Below, one piece after another: positions 50,166-62,770 of a DNA stretch of 64,000 bases. Position 1 is the first letter of the stretch, and each line of letters opens with the position of its first letter. Under the pieces are notes generated by a model. That model saw nothing but the letters and a program-made list of their open reading frames with translations, did no database searches and had not been told where the DNA came from. A program made the translations under genes and the position numbers. The stretch is from Octopus sinensis (Eukaryota): contig NC_042998.1 in the NCBI RefSeq assembly GCF_006345805.1, positions 159,898,001-159,962,000 of the forward strand, read 5' to 3'.

Positions 50166-52834
50166 CCTCTTCCTTCTGAATCGTTCTTATAAGTTTCCAG
50201 ATAGATGGGTGCTGGTCGCCAACAGGATGATAAAATTGGTTGTTCCAACCTTCACACAGGTTGTTGGTTCTTCGATAGTCATTCATGGTAGCTTGATGTA
50301 CGTTCCAAAGTTCTGCAGGAAATCTTGCTGGAATGCCTGGCTGGAAGTTCCGTCTTCTTCTCTGAATATATGTACCAGAAACATACGTTTGATCGAAGTA
50401 CTTTAGCAGGGGAGCTGCCTTATCAGGACATCTAGCCTTGAGTAACTGCATTCCCACTGGAACATCTTCAGTTAGTATAAATGCCAATGAGTCGATCTGT
50501 CCACAGAATTGACAAAAGTCCTCACTCTCTTTGCAGTGGTTGGTGAGGACAAGATCCTGTACCTTTCTACAGGTACTTAGAGTCAGGTGGTAGAAACAAC
50601 CTTGTGTATTTCCAGTTCAAAAACGTTGTTGAAAACTTGGATGATTGCCTGCTCGAAGTCAATAACTATGGTTGTTGGGTCTGGGTAGAGCTCAATCTCG
50701 TGGCAACGATCCATGACTGCTTGCAGCAGGGTTTCATATGTATCTTGTGTTTTAGTCTGCAGACAAGCAAAAACAGTAGAAACTACAGTATTATCAATTG
50801 GGACGCACGTTACATAAAGCTGTAGAAATCACAGTGGAGCCATTGCATAATTGCCATCCATGAGCCATGTATCAGCAGAAGCAAGTAACCACAGTGATTT
50901 ATCAGAACCAAAAGCAGTGATGCAGTTGGCAGTGTCTGGTCCATTATCGAAGAACAAAAATGGTTTGGGCTCGGGAGCTGCAGTAGCTGTCCATTCTCCA
51001 AATAAGTTTCAGATCTTCGAGTCTTTCTGGTACTTATGGATAGAGTTTTGATGTTTGGTTATGCAAAGTTCTCTTTATGATGTCCTCAATTGGAAGTAAC
51101 GCCTTTCCTTCAGCTGATAAGTCATTCAAGTTATTGCTGTAAATCTAGCTAGGTTTATCTTCTGTTTCTGCTGCTTTTCTCTTCATGTGGTCGATGCATT
51201 TTGTGGCCAAAATAGCTGCAGGATGTGGTCATTAGCTGGTACAACATAGGTTGGTGGTCATGGTACCTTTACAAAAAGATGTTTTCTTAACACATCTCCA
51301 TCTGATAGTAGTTGATCTTAGTCTGTTTTGTATACTTGTATCCTTGGGAGTAAATCTACTCTTTTTCTTTATTATTTGCTATGACTTCCATGATGGGGTT
51401 GTGGTAGAGCCACTGAAATAAATGGTAACCAGAGTCACTGGTTTTGTATTTATTTTGCTAAGGAGTCATTGGAATAGCTTGATGTACGTTCCAAAGTTTA
51501 TCAAGCTGTCCCAATGTACATCCCAAAGGTCTGGAGGAAATCTTGCTTATTGTACTATTTTTACCTATCTTTTCACTCGTGCTGTTTTTACCTGTGCCAT
51601 TTTTATCTAAATTCGTGAGCACACATCACACGTATATCTACAATATAAGATTTGAAATTTTGAAAAAAATTATGTGAAATGAATTAGTATATAAATGTGC
51701 GCGCCATTTTTTCCACATTAAAATCTGATCCACAATCGATACCATCTGAAAGGTATTTGTAGAAACTTTCATTAAAAAATATCAATTTCTCTGAAAGTTG
51801 TAAGGAATCAGTCGAATCGTGCGAATGAATTATCATGAACTCGAACCCATTTCTGAAATTGTTTTTTTTACAACGAATTCTGATATAATCGAAACCTACA
51901 CCACCTGAAAAGAATTTGTAGAAAATTTCAATAAAATGTATCCATTTTTCTGAAAGTTGTGTGGAATCAAATACAAGGGAGGGCACATTTGTGTAGTTAT
52001 GCCCTGCTGCCTAATATAGCTGCAAGGTGATGCAAAGGGATACAAGACCCGGAGAAGAAAATCTTGTCAAATACTTTGATCATGCCTGCATACACATCTC
52101 TAATCTTTTCCATCTGAGTATGTGTGGCGATTCATCAAAACGCATTGGTTCATTACAGCATTCTGCTGAATTATGAATTAATTCCAACGATGCAAAAAGT
52201 TAATTGTACTTTCAACGTTCGTCGTATTAACACAAATATCACGTACGATATAATTCCTTTCAGTAAGTGAACTTTCAGTTTCAAAGAAAAACATTCTCCC
52301 AGTTTCATTTCATTGCTGAATTTAGTCGACCGAATATGACCAAACATTATTTTACTTTCATTTTATTACGCCGCTCTTTCTGCATCATAAAACGAAACAT
52401 CGCTATGAATGTGTTAACAGAGTATCATGATACAGTAAAGAGTAACAAGACAACAGATAGATCGCCAGTTCAAAATCTGTCGTCGACACTCCAAATCGTT
52501 TATTCGCTTCCAGGGGGCCCATGAAAGTGCATGCATTTTACTTTGTCAGAAGATATTTTCCATCTCAGAAGTGAAAAAGGTTTTGCCGGCGTAAACAATT
52601 AAAAAAAACTGAAAGTGTTTTCATGGGAGACAAAGACAATAATTTCGCGGAAAATTGTCCTGTGTTAATCGTTCTAACGCCTTTCTATTAACATCCGATA
52701 TACCAGGATAACTTAATCTCTAGTTTAAGAACTGGTCACAAAAATGAAAAAAAAAAATAGTGTAAAAGGTGTAAAACAATGTGTAGTAAATAAATATGAA
52801 GGAAAATGTGCGGGGTGGGGAACGGAGAGATTAA

Positions 52835-53156
52835 AGACTCCGCCAGTTACGACGACGAGGGTCCCAGCTGATACGATCAACGGAACAGCTTGCTCGTGAA
52901 ATTAACGTGCAAATGGCTGAGCATTCCACAGACACGTGTACCCTTAATGTAGTTCTCGGGGATAATCAGCGTGACACAGAGAGTGACAAGGCTGACCCTT
53001 TGAAATACAAGTACAACTCATTTTTGCCAGCTGAGTGGACTGGAGCAACGTGAAATAAAGTGTCTTGCTCAAGGACACAACGCGTCGCCGGGAATCGAAC
53101 TCACAACCTTACGATCATGAGCCGAATGCCCTAACCACTAAGCCACGCGCCCTCAC
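52835..53156 (-). mobile_element. full-length tRNA-derived SINE, family 3
   Basis: A-box TGGCTTAGTGG, B-box GTTCGATTCC, GTGTCCTTGAGCAAGACACTT domain; exact 14-bp TSD AACGGAGAGATTAA (52821-34, 53157-70). Confidence 0.92.
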
Positions 53157-54444
53157 AACGGAGAGATTAATCTCACTTTCTTTCACCTAGTGGGACTTTC
53201 ACTTTCGCTTCGTCTATCAGACGACATTGATTTAACAAAACAAAACAAAAAAGCACCTACATCTGAAAAATCTAAGACGTATAAATATTCTACTTATTTC
53301 TCTTGATCTTTCATTAAAATCTCAATATATTCCTGCTATTAAAAAAGAAAATTCAATGAAAATCCTTCTTACGTAAATAAAAATAATAAACACTAGAACG
53401 AAATTCACCTTTTGTGATCGTATTTCTGACATTATTGCTTCTGTTTCAGCTAATTATAAAAATAATGAAGAATTTGTTTTTTTTTGGAACATGACTGAAA
53501 GGGTGTTAGACAATAGAATGAAGGTAGGATGTATGACTACAGAAGTATATCCATCCCTGACTGTCTTTCTTTCCTGATAACTTTTTGAAAAATTGATATT
53601 TTTTTAATGTAATCACTACAAATACCTTTCAGATTGGGGTACATTACAAATGTATCAGAATTTGCTGTGAATCTTCTTTTTTTTTTTTTTTTTTTGGATA
53701 ATTCATACGCCTCGATTTCTATTTTCCTCCTCTATAATCGTAATCTACACCATCTGAAAGGTGTTAGTAGAAAATTTCATTAAACAAACATTCGTGGGGT
53801 TTTTTTCTTGTTTTTTGTTTGTTTTGGGTTTTTCAGAGTTGTGAGAAAACAAAGTCGTTAGGACAGTTTAAGGATCTTGATTGGTTGAAATTACCAAAAT
53901 ACGACAACTTTAAAACGAAATAACTTCGTAATTATAAACTTTTCTCAAAAACGCTAAGAGTAAAAGATATTTTACATGACACATTCTACCAGTTTACGAA
54001 GTTTGAAAGCGTTTAGTTACAAACAAATTATTTTCTAAATCTGCCGGTCAAAAGATCCAAATTATTTTTTTAATTTGTAGGTCAAAAGATAAAGATCCGA
54101 TTTCTCGAAATTGCAGAATTGCCGAAACCATCTTTTGATAATAGACTTATTATCATAGATGTAAGTCGAAGTTATCAAGATATCGCTCGAAACACTATGA
54201 ATGCACGTGATAAGTATTGGGCAAGCAATGTCGATCTTTTGGTATTTGCTTTTGTTCTCAAACATGGAGACGCTTGTTATCATGTAGTAAACTTGACTTA
54301 GTCACAGCAGCGTTGCCAGTTCAAAACTTTAAATCAGCACCATTTCGATAGCTTAAAAGAACTAAATAAAAGTGAAAAGTACTATACAAAAAGTAGCACC
54401 TAAGCAAAAAATCACAACATGTGTAAACACCAAAAGATTTGGGC

Positions 54445-54538
54445 GGAGGTAAAGTATACGTACATCAGCCGTTTTCGGTATAACAAAACCACTAACCTTA
54501 ACTCAAAACACTGGATGTACGTATTCTTTACTTTCGCT
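54445..54538. mobile_element. short palindromic non-autonomous element
   Basis: GCGGAGGTAAAGTATACGTACATC / GATGTACGTATTCTTTACTTTCGC arms around an ACTAACCTTAAC core; second copy at 55566-55650. Confidence 0.6.
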
Positions 54539-55089
54539 AAAATTTGTTTAAAATCTCAATTCCAATCAAATTAAAATCTCTTATCTTTTCTGTTATTTGT
54601 TTTAGTCCTTAAACAGTGGCCACGTCGGAGTACCGCCCGGTCCCAATACTTATTTTAAAAACCTGGTCCTTTTTCAATCGGTTACTTTTGCCAAACCGCT
54701 AAGTAACTGGGAAGTAACACACCAACACCATTGTCAAGCGGGGAAGGGCAAATGCAGACACTGTAGTATCTCTATCTATGTAGTATCTCTACACTACATA
54801 GTTAAAATAGGTTTACTGTGGATTTCTAGTAAAGCATGCGTAATTATCTCTTTCACACAGGGTTCTTCCCGGAGGAAAATCTCTATGTCCGGAGTACACT
54901 TAGTGTGCATATATGAAAGCAGCGGTTTTGTATTTAATTTCTACTTGGCAAACATTGTTTATTGGGAACGTGTTTTCAACTTTGTCTTCTAATTTTTCAT
55001 TGCTTTTTTTTTCTTACATACTGTCATTAACTGTGTTTCTTCCTACTTATTTAATATTTTTTTGAGCCTGTTTCAATAGCTGACAATGT

Positions 55090-55215
55090 TTTGTGTTGAT
55101 ATGTTCTTGGGCTTCCTTGCCCGGATTGGCCTCACCAGCCACCTCCGGTCTCATGGCGGCAGTTCCACCAGATGATGTCAGTTGGTCATCTTCGAACCGA
55201 AGGACGAACATTATT
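55090..55215 (+). mobile_element. RTE (BovB-like) extreme 3' end
   Basis: LARIGLTSHLRSH.. zinc-finger end followed by a GGTCATCTTCG..CGAAGGAC tail hairpin. Confidence 0.65.
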
Positions 55216-56112
55216 ACACCTTATATTAGTCTTTGTACCTACACTAGAAAGAATTATTACAGCTTGTTTGTCTTTTTTAATATTCATTTATTTATCATTG
55301 TTTTTTTCAATATTAAGTACATGTTCTGTTAACTACTTTGCAATATTTCATTTTATCGCTGTCTGCTTTATTTTTTACATTCTCGACTGTTTGCATATTT
55401 CGCCTGCGTTCAAATAAGAATTAATATTTCATTGCTTTAACATTTCTTTTCGACACAAGAAATACTAAGATTACATTGCTATTATATATCTATATGTTGG
55501 TTTGCTTATTTTATGGCATGCTATATATATATTTAAAAAATGGTATATATTTAAAAAAAAAACACGGCGGAGGTAAAGAATACGCACAGCACCCGTCTTC
55601 GGGCTTAACAAAAACCTTAACCACCTTGTGTGCGTATTCTTAACTTTCGCCAATAAATAAATACACTTCTTCATATGTATGTATATATATATATATATAT
55701 ATATGGCATAGTTTTAGATACAGATAATTATGGAAAGTTTATGCAGAACTTTCAAATCCACAAACAGAATCAATTCTATTTCAACATGCCACCAAAAGCA
55801 CGTTACATGGTCCATGTGGGAGAGATAAACCCAATACAAAACGTATGGTTGATGGGAGATGTAAAAAGCATTTCCCGAAAGACTTTTAGGAAAATACATT
55901 ACACAGCTATCCACTTTGCTCGTGTTGAAATTAATGGTTCTACATTTACAGTCAAGTGTCAAATTAGATAATCATTCAGTAGTACAATTTTCCCCTTTCT
56001 TTTTTAGTCAAATATGGAGATCATTGTAATGTAGAGATAAGTGCAGCTGTAAAATTGATTAAATATATTCATAAAGGTTGTGATCAGGTGACAGTCAATA
56101 TTAGTGAGCAAA

Positions 56113-56330
56113 AGGGCTGCAAGCTGGCAGAATTGTTAGCACATCAGACAAAATGCTTTTCAGCATTTCACCTATCCCTATGTTTTGAGTTCAAATTCCA
56201 TCAAGGTCGACTTTGCCTTTCATCCTTCTGGAGTTGAGAAAAATGTCAATGGAATACTGGGATTGATGTAATTGACTTATCCACAAAATTACTAGCCTTG
56301 TGCCAAAATTTGTCTCAAGAATTGGTGGGG
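56113..56330 (+). mobile_element. SINE family 2 copy inside the Helitron
   Basis: GCAAGCTGGCAGAATTGTTAGCAC head and GTCGACTTTGCCTTTCATCC core. Confidence 0.75.
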
Positions 56331-56468
56331 CAAACCAACTGCATCATCTGCTATAGGTGCATTGCTATTTGCTAAGGATACAATAGCACATTCTGCTTTC
56401 TCCCTTCCCTTCAGTCCAGTTAATGTTATCACATGTAATGTATCCATACAGAGTGATAAAGTAACTTG

Positions 56469-58745
56469 CATCATTCATCATCATCATAATCATTTAACGT
56501 CTGTTTTCCATGCTGGCATGGAGTGGACGGTTTGACTGGGGGCTGGCAAGCCAGGAGGCTGCACCAGGCTCCACTCTGATCTGGCAGTGTTTCTACTGGC
56601 AACAACCCATGCATGAATAGTGCTTATTGCGTGCCACCAGTATGGGAGCCAGTCAGGTGGCACTGGCATCGGCCACAACTACAATTTCCATTTTTGATTT
56701 CAATTTAAGATTCTGTTTTTGATTTTACTTGACTCAATAGGTTTCCTCAAGCATAGCATGTCACCCAATGATTCAAGTACTTTTTAAAAGGGCTGGTTAT
56801 GTGACACTGGTATAGGCTACGGCTGTGATCTGGCTTTACTTGCTGGGTCTTCTCAATTACAGCACATCTCTAGAGGTCTCAGTCTATTGTCATTGCCTCT
56901 GTGAAGCCCAACATTTGAAGATTGGGCTTCACCACCTCATCCCATGTCCTCTTGGGTCTCCCTCTTCCACTGTTAGGGAGTGACACTTCTTCACACATAT
57001 GCAGCACGTGACCATACCAGCACAGTCGTCTCTCTTGCACACCACATCTGATGCTTCTTATGTCCAACATTTCTCTCAGGGCACTTATATTGTTGTGTAT
57101 GCACACTGACATTACACATCCAGTGGATCATACTAGCTTTATTTTTTTCAAGCCTATGTATGTCCTCAACAGTCAAAGCCCATGTGTCACTACCATGTAG
57201 CATGGCTGTTTGCACACATGTATCATACAATCTACCTTTCACTCTGAGTGAGAGGCCCTTTGTTACCAGCAAGGTAGAAGCTTTCTGAACTTTGCCCAGG
57301 CTATTCTTATTCTAGTGCCAATGCTCTCAGAGCATCCACCTTCACTACAGACTTGGCCATCTAGGTAGTGGAAGCTATCAACTACTTCTAGTTTCTCCTC
57401 TTGGCATGTGATAAAATCTGTTTTCTGAGCATCTTTGGTGTTTATTGCCCTTGTTCATCTGCTGCACACAAAAGCTATCATCCCAGTTAACCTTCTTTTA
57501 ATGTTGTTGCACCTCTTATGCGTCCATAGCTTACACTGGGCACATCTTATGGAATTTCTACCTACACCTTTTCTATAGATCGTGCAGGGCCATCTACCTG
57601 AAGGGGTTTGTGATTTGTTCGCCTTCCTACTTACCAGGACTTTGGTTTTTGCAACATTGACTCTAAGAACCTTCAAGTTTAAACCTTGCTTCCACACCAG
57701 AAATTTCTTCTAGTTCTGGTGGTGATTCAGCTATGAGAGCAAGGGCATCAGCATAGAGGAGCTCCCAGGGGCAGCCTGTCTTGAATTCCTCTGTTATTGC
57801 CTGGTGTACTATGATAAGAGGGCACTAGGGACTGATCTTTGGTGAACCCCCACTTCTACCCAGAATTCTTCACTGTACTCATTGCCAACCCATACCTTAC
57901 TGACAGCACCCTTGTACAGCTCTTATTAACCACTCGTCTATCCCTAGTTTCCACATCGCCCACCAGATAAGGGATCGGGGGACCCTGTCAAAGGCCTTCT
58001 CCAAGTCAACAAAAGCCAAGTATAGGGGTTTATCTTTGGCTAGGTATTTCTCATGCAGTTGCCTTACCAGAAATATAGCATCAGTGGTGCTTCTACCTGG
58101 CACAAAACTGAACTGCATCTCATCTAAGCAGACTCTCTCCTTAATTAGTTGGGCTATGGCCCTCTCTGTGACCTTCATCACCTGATCCAGCAGTTTGATG
58201 CCCCTGTAGTTATTTCTATCTAAAGCATCACCTTTACCTTTGTAGCAGTTAACTATCATGCTGCTACACCAGTCATTGGGTATGACTCCTTTGTGAACTA
58301 CCTGATTTACAATACAGGTGACTAGACCATAACCCACACCACCAGATTAAGCAATTCAGTAGTGACTCCTGATGGGCCAGGGGCTTTTCTTGACTTCATA
58401 TCCTTAATTGCTTTGTCTACCAGGGTGCTATCGATTCAGGTAGCTGGTCCCTCGACTGGGTCAACATTTGGCAGGCTCTCCTCCTCCCATTCATTCTCCA
58501 CATTTGGCAGCCTTTCATAATGGCATCTCTAAGCCTCTTTCTTTGCAGAATCATTAAATACAAGTGCACCATCATCCATGTGGACACATTTCTCTCCTGT
58601 AACATCATAATTTTCTCTCACACTGTGTCTTGCAATCCAAAATACTTCAGTTCTTTAGTCCTCACATTGCTGAACATTGGAAAACTTCTATTCTGCTTCT
58701 CCCTTGGCTGTATACACCTGTCTTCCAGCCTCCCTTCTTGCTGTC
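56469..58745 (-). mobile_element. 5'-truncated RTE-clade LINE (decayed)
   Basis: ORF 57897-58337 W..SMIVNCYKGKGDALDRNNYRGIKLL..QF.F.PGRST.DAIF..FVDLEKAFDRV; YADA at about 57755; (ATG)n-type tail at 56469-56495. Confidence 0.92.
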
Positions 58746-60261
58746 TGATACAGTTCCCCAGGCTGTTATAATTTGGGATGAATTTCTGCCATGTCTCACT
58801 GTTTCCTCCCCGAATCATTGGATAGAATATTAAGGGATCTTATGAAAATGGTTGACCTCAGGTTTGAACATGTTTTATTTGGAGAAAAAATAATTACATC
58901 CAGCAAAGATTTTCAACAAATATAGTCTGTTGCTAAACTTGGAAGCAGACCACAGATAGTAGACAGCAATTTTAATAATTTTACAGAAAATATGCAATTA
59001 AAATCATACACACAGAATTCAGAAGATCTAAACAACCAAATTCAGTTCAACAACTTTATACTTCATGTAAGAAATGGTTCTGTAGAAGAAGCAAATGGTG
59101 AAATTATTATACCCCAGGAATGTAACATTGTTCATGATTTCAATAACCTCATTTCCTTGGTTTTCAATAAAAATGTCATGCAGGAATGCATTACAGAGCC
59201 AAACGATTTTCAAAAATTATTTTAGCACCAAAGAATATTGATGTTAATCTTATTAATGAGGAAATGCTAAAACTGTTTCAAGGAGAGAAAAAGGTTCAGT
59301 GTTTGCATCAGAATGAGCCTTCAGAATTCTCTACAGTGTACTTAAAAATGTACATATTAAAATTAAAGACTAACGCAATAATTTGTCTCTAACAATTGAT
59401 CGAGCAAGTGGCATGTATAATGGTACATGTTTAATTATTCAAGATATTCAAGAAAAAGTCATTGAGGCAAAAATAACAGTCCACATCACAGAAAAATTAT
59501 TTATATTAAAAGTTACTCTTTCTTCAGTTGGTGAAGAGTTACTATTTGCATTAGTTAAATAACATAGCAATGGCATGGACAATTTAATGACAAGGACAAA
59601 TGTGTGAAAAAATTACTTTGTTTACTAAAACCCATATTCATACATGATATGTTGCCTTCTCTAGAGTATCCACAAGGTTTCCAGGAGTGAACATATGTAG
59701 TTCAAATTTACAGAAAAAAGATGAAGGCAGGTGTATTAGTTTAACACTCAGGAAGAATGGAATATATATATAGACACACACACACACCAAATGACAAACA
59801 TTCCACAAAGAATGTTGCTTACAAGGAATTTTTCATTTAGAAAGACTTCTGACAACGAAACAGACAATACAGATTTCAGCCATACACATCAGCAAACAGT
59901 ATTTATTTACACGTGAATACAACATATGGAAACAACAAATCAATCATTTTTAAAAGTGTGGAGTGATTCTGAAGTCTGAAAGCAGTTTAACATATTGTAA
60001 GCTGTTATAACACCAGCTGAACTATAAAATACTCAAACATGTTGGGTATATAAACCTCTCTTTATCTTCCATTCCCTTTGTTTTCATTCCCAGTTGTGGT
60101 AGCCATGTCTCTCCATCTTCCTCGCCCCCCGCCCACAAACTTTCTTTCCTAACAGGGTTACCATTTATGTTTTCCACAGCAAGACACATCCCTATTCCTC
60201 TACTTTACTTTAACCTCTCCTCACTCAAAGGGTCTTGCTTTTGAAAGTTACTTGACCCCAC

Positions 60262-60520
60262 TGGTGCTGGTACGACATAAAAATGGTTGGTGTTACAAGG
60301 GACATCTAGCTGAAGAAACCATGCCACTGTGCTGGTCCCACATTAAAAGCATGCAGCACATTCTGTAAAGTGGCTAGCATTAGGAACAGCATCCAGCTAT
60401 AAGAAACCTTGACAAAGCAGATACTGGAGCTTGGCATAGTTTTCTATTTTGCCAGCCCCTGCCAAACTGTCCAACCTATGCCAGTATGGAAAACAGGCAT
60501 TAAATGATGATGATGATTAT
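60262..60520 (+). mobile_element. RTE LINE 3'UTR fragment
   Basis: CCTATGCCAGTATGGAAAACAGGCATTAAATGATGATG tail. Confidence 0.7.
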
Positions 60521-61144
60521 GACATCAATTGAGAATGAGCAAATTTCATAACCACCCCTATCAAAAAAAACAAAAGATTCAGTAGAAACATAATAATCAG
60601 TAACAATATACAGCAAGAGATTCAAAAATAAATATATTCATCCAGGTGCATATATTTCTTTTACTTTTTCATAATGTCAGTTTTAACAGTTTCTTTCAAA
60701 ATTAGTATTATTTTATTTACATTCATTAATACTTTCAGATACAGATTCATAAGAACCATTATGAAGATACCAGACTTTCAGAGCATAATTTGTAGGATAG
60801 ACTCAATAAAATGTCAGGAATAACATGGGGATTATACAATAATCTAAGAAAACCCATGCATAACATGTAATAGTTGCAGTAACAATATTACATGAAAAAT
60901 ATATTCTGTAATAATTCCAATATACTTTAATAATGCACATAATATTCTATTCAGATCTCCTTTAAACCACACTTAAAGAGTGAAACAAATGTCTTCAGGT
61001 ACTCTACATACACCACTCTTCATTGAACATTGTTCCCACCTGCATGCCATGAGTATATTTGTGCATATTCATTACAGGAACACATGATACAATGATATAA
61101 AATCAATATAAACTTCATTATCTTAGAGATAGCATGTTCACACT

Positions 61145-61265
61145 AACGTTGAAGATAGTAGGCTCGAAACGTAAAAGACTTTCTCACTTCCCAAGCATTA
61201 AACTAATGTTTGTTGTTTACACATCCGTCTTTGTCTTTTGTTTTTTTGGAAATCCTCACTATATA
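61145..61265 (+). mobile_element. Neptune-type PLE extreme 3' end with truncated hammerhead
   Basis: GTTGAAGATAGTAGGCTCGAAACGTAAAAGAC; colinear with the minus-strand copy at 24290-24418. Confidence 0.65.
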
Positions 61266-61920
61266 TTATACATATATATATATATATATATATACACGAG
61301 CTTCTTTAAGTAGGTATCTGTATAGAGCACTATAAAATGGAGACGAGCATAATTTGAACATGTGGAAAAATGAAGGAAACACTTTTCCCTTCATTTTCAT
61401 GTTGAAATAAATTTTTTCCATGGAAAATTATGTATCATTTGAAAGTTCTGGATATGAACTTTGCATATAATTTTAATTAAAATCCAACAGTTACATATCA
61501 TATCAAGGTCCTCAAACACCCTGGTATTTCCATGCATTTACAAAGTTTGTCCTGTTTTCATTTTTGACTGCTGAAAAGTAGCCTTCATCCTAGTTCAATG
61601 CACTGGAGTGCTATAACTCCTGTTGTATTAATAATCATAGTCATGAAAATGTTTTATTGAAATGGTGTCATGTCCCAAAATCTCAGGATTTATTTAGATC
61701 TATATCTACTACAAATGTGCCAAAACTCAAGTTCCAGGCAACTACTATACTATGATCACTATTTATTTGAGTAATTTTAAGATGATCACCTCAGTTTCAA
61801 AGATATGACATCACAAATATGGCTAATCCATTTTGGCTAATAAGGCAAGATTTGACCATTCAAATTGTCATATTTCTGAAAATATTCATCCAAATTTTAC
61901 AAATGGGGTATCAAAATGTT

Positions 61921-62092
61921 CCTTCTTTCAGTTTCTATCTATCAAATCCACTCTCAAGGCTTGATCAGCCCTAGGCTATAGTAGAAGACACTTGCCCAAG
62001 TTGTCATGCAGTGGAACTGAACCCAGAACCACGTGGTTGGGAAGTAAATATATTACCACACAGCTATGTCTGCATACTTTCATTTTACTCCT
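61921..62092 (-). mobile_element. SINE family 1 head
   Basis: conserved CAAATCCACTC..GAAGACACTTGCCCAAG block. Confidence 0.75.
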
Positions 62093-62770
62093 TAATATTT
62101 TTGAATATTTCCCTTTTGGTATATAGAAGTTGCAGTTTCACATAATTTATAAGCAACTGTGAATAACATTCACCACTTCATTTAAGTCCATATTTGATGT
62201 TCAAAATTTTTCTTGATGTTTCTTGGCTAAATATTCTCTCTACATGTGGTAAAATTAGAAGTATTAAAGTCTAGAGAAATGTTCAAATGGATTTTACCCA
62301 TTCGAATACCCCTGCTCATTAATACTTAAATCCAGAATGAAACTGACTGACATTTGTGCCCATTGTACTTATAAGAATATTTTCAATTAAACATTGAAGA
62401 CTGGAAATTAAAAATTAAGGAAGTAAAATAGCATATTGAAATATCGATGGACTTTCGGATACTCCACTGAAATATCTATATGGATAATAGATAACGAGAA
62501 TGTTGTATATTCTACTGTCTTACAATGACTAAAATTGATTGTGTTAGTTATATTTTATAGCTTTTATTTACCATAATAGTTTACGCATTAAAATTCGTTT
62601 TTTTTTTCTTTTGTTCTTTTTATTAATTATTTAAAACCCTTTGTCATATGGACTAGTCATAGGTGTAGGTAACAAGCTTTGTATGTGGAGTACAGTGTTT
62701 AAGATTGTATGTAATAAATTAAAAGTATTTGAAAAAACGTTGATAAAAAATTAATGACTGCTAAATTTAA

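Larger units (their letters stand above)
44937..51391 (-). pseudogene. Mutator/MULE transposase (FLYWCH + DDE), interrupted by the Gypsy element
   Basis: from ATG at 51391: GYKYTK..RWRCVKK..CKG, WLMDG..AP..LQLY, DFEQA..GCFYHL, FPAELWNVH, RTNNLCEGWNN, HPSIWKLI; resumes left of the LTR as EAFVSTVIAKD...LGHNIRF* (stop 44937-39); degenerate inverted subterminal repeats at about 44340-44510 and 51545-51950. Confidence 0.85.
55735..59690 (+). pseudogene. Helitron RepHel remnant, interrupted by a SINE and an RTE LINE
   Basis: Rep: LHGPCG..P..MVDGRCKKHFPKDF, KYGDHCNVE, KYIHKG; helicase: TASSAIGALL...AHSAF (56336-56468), IIWDE (58768-82), ILAPKNIDVNLIN, NGT.LI, AWTI..QGQ, YVAFSRV (59648-68). Confidence 0.8.

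Noticed and set aside
53095-53156. tRNA-like sequence with A and B boxes
   Set aside because: It is the head of a SINE with a 14-bp TSD, not a tRNA gene
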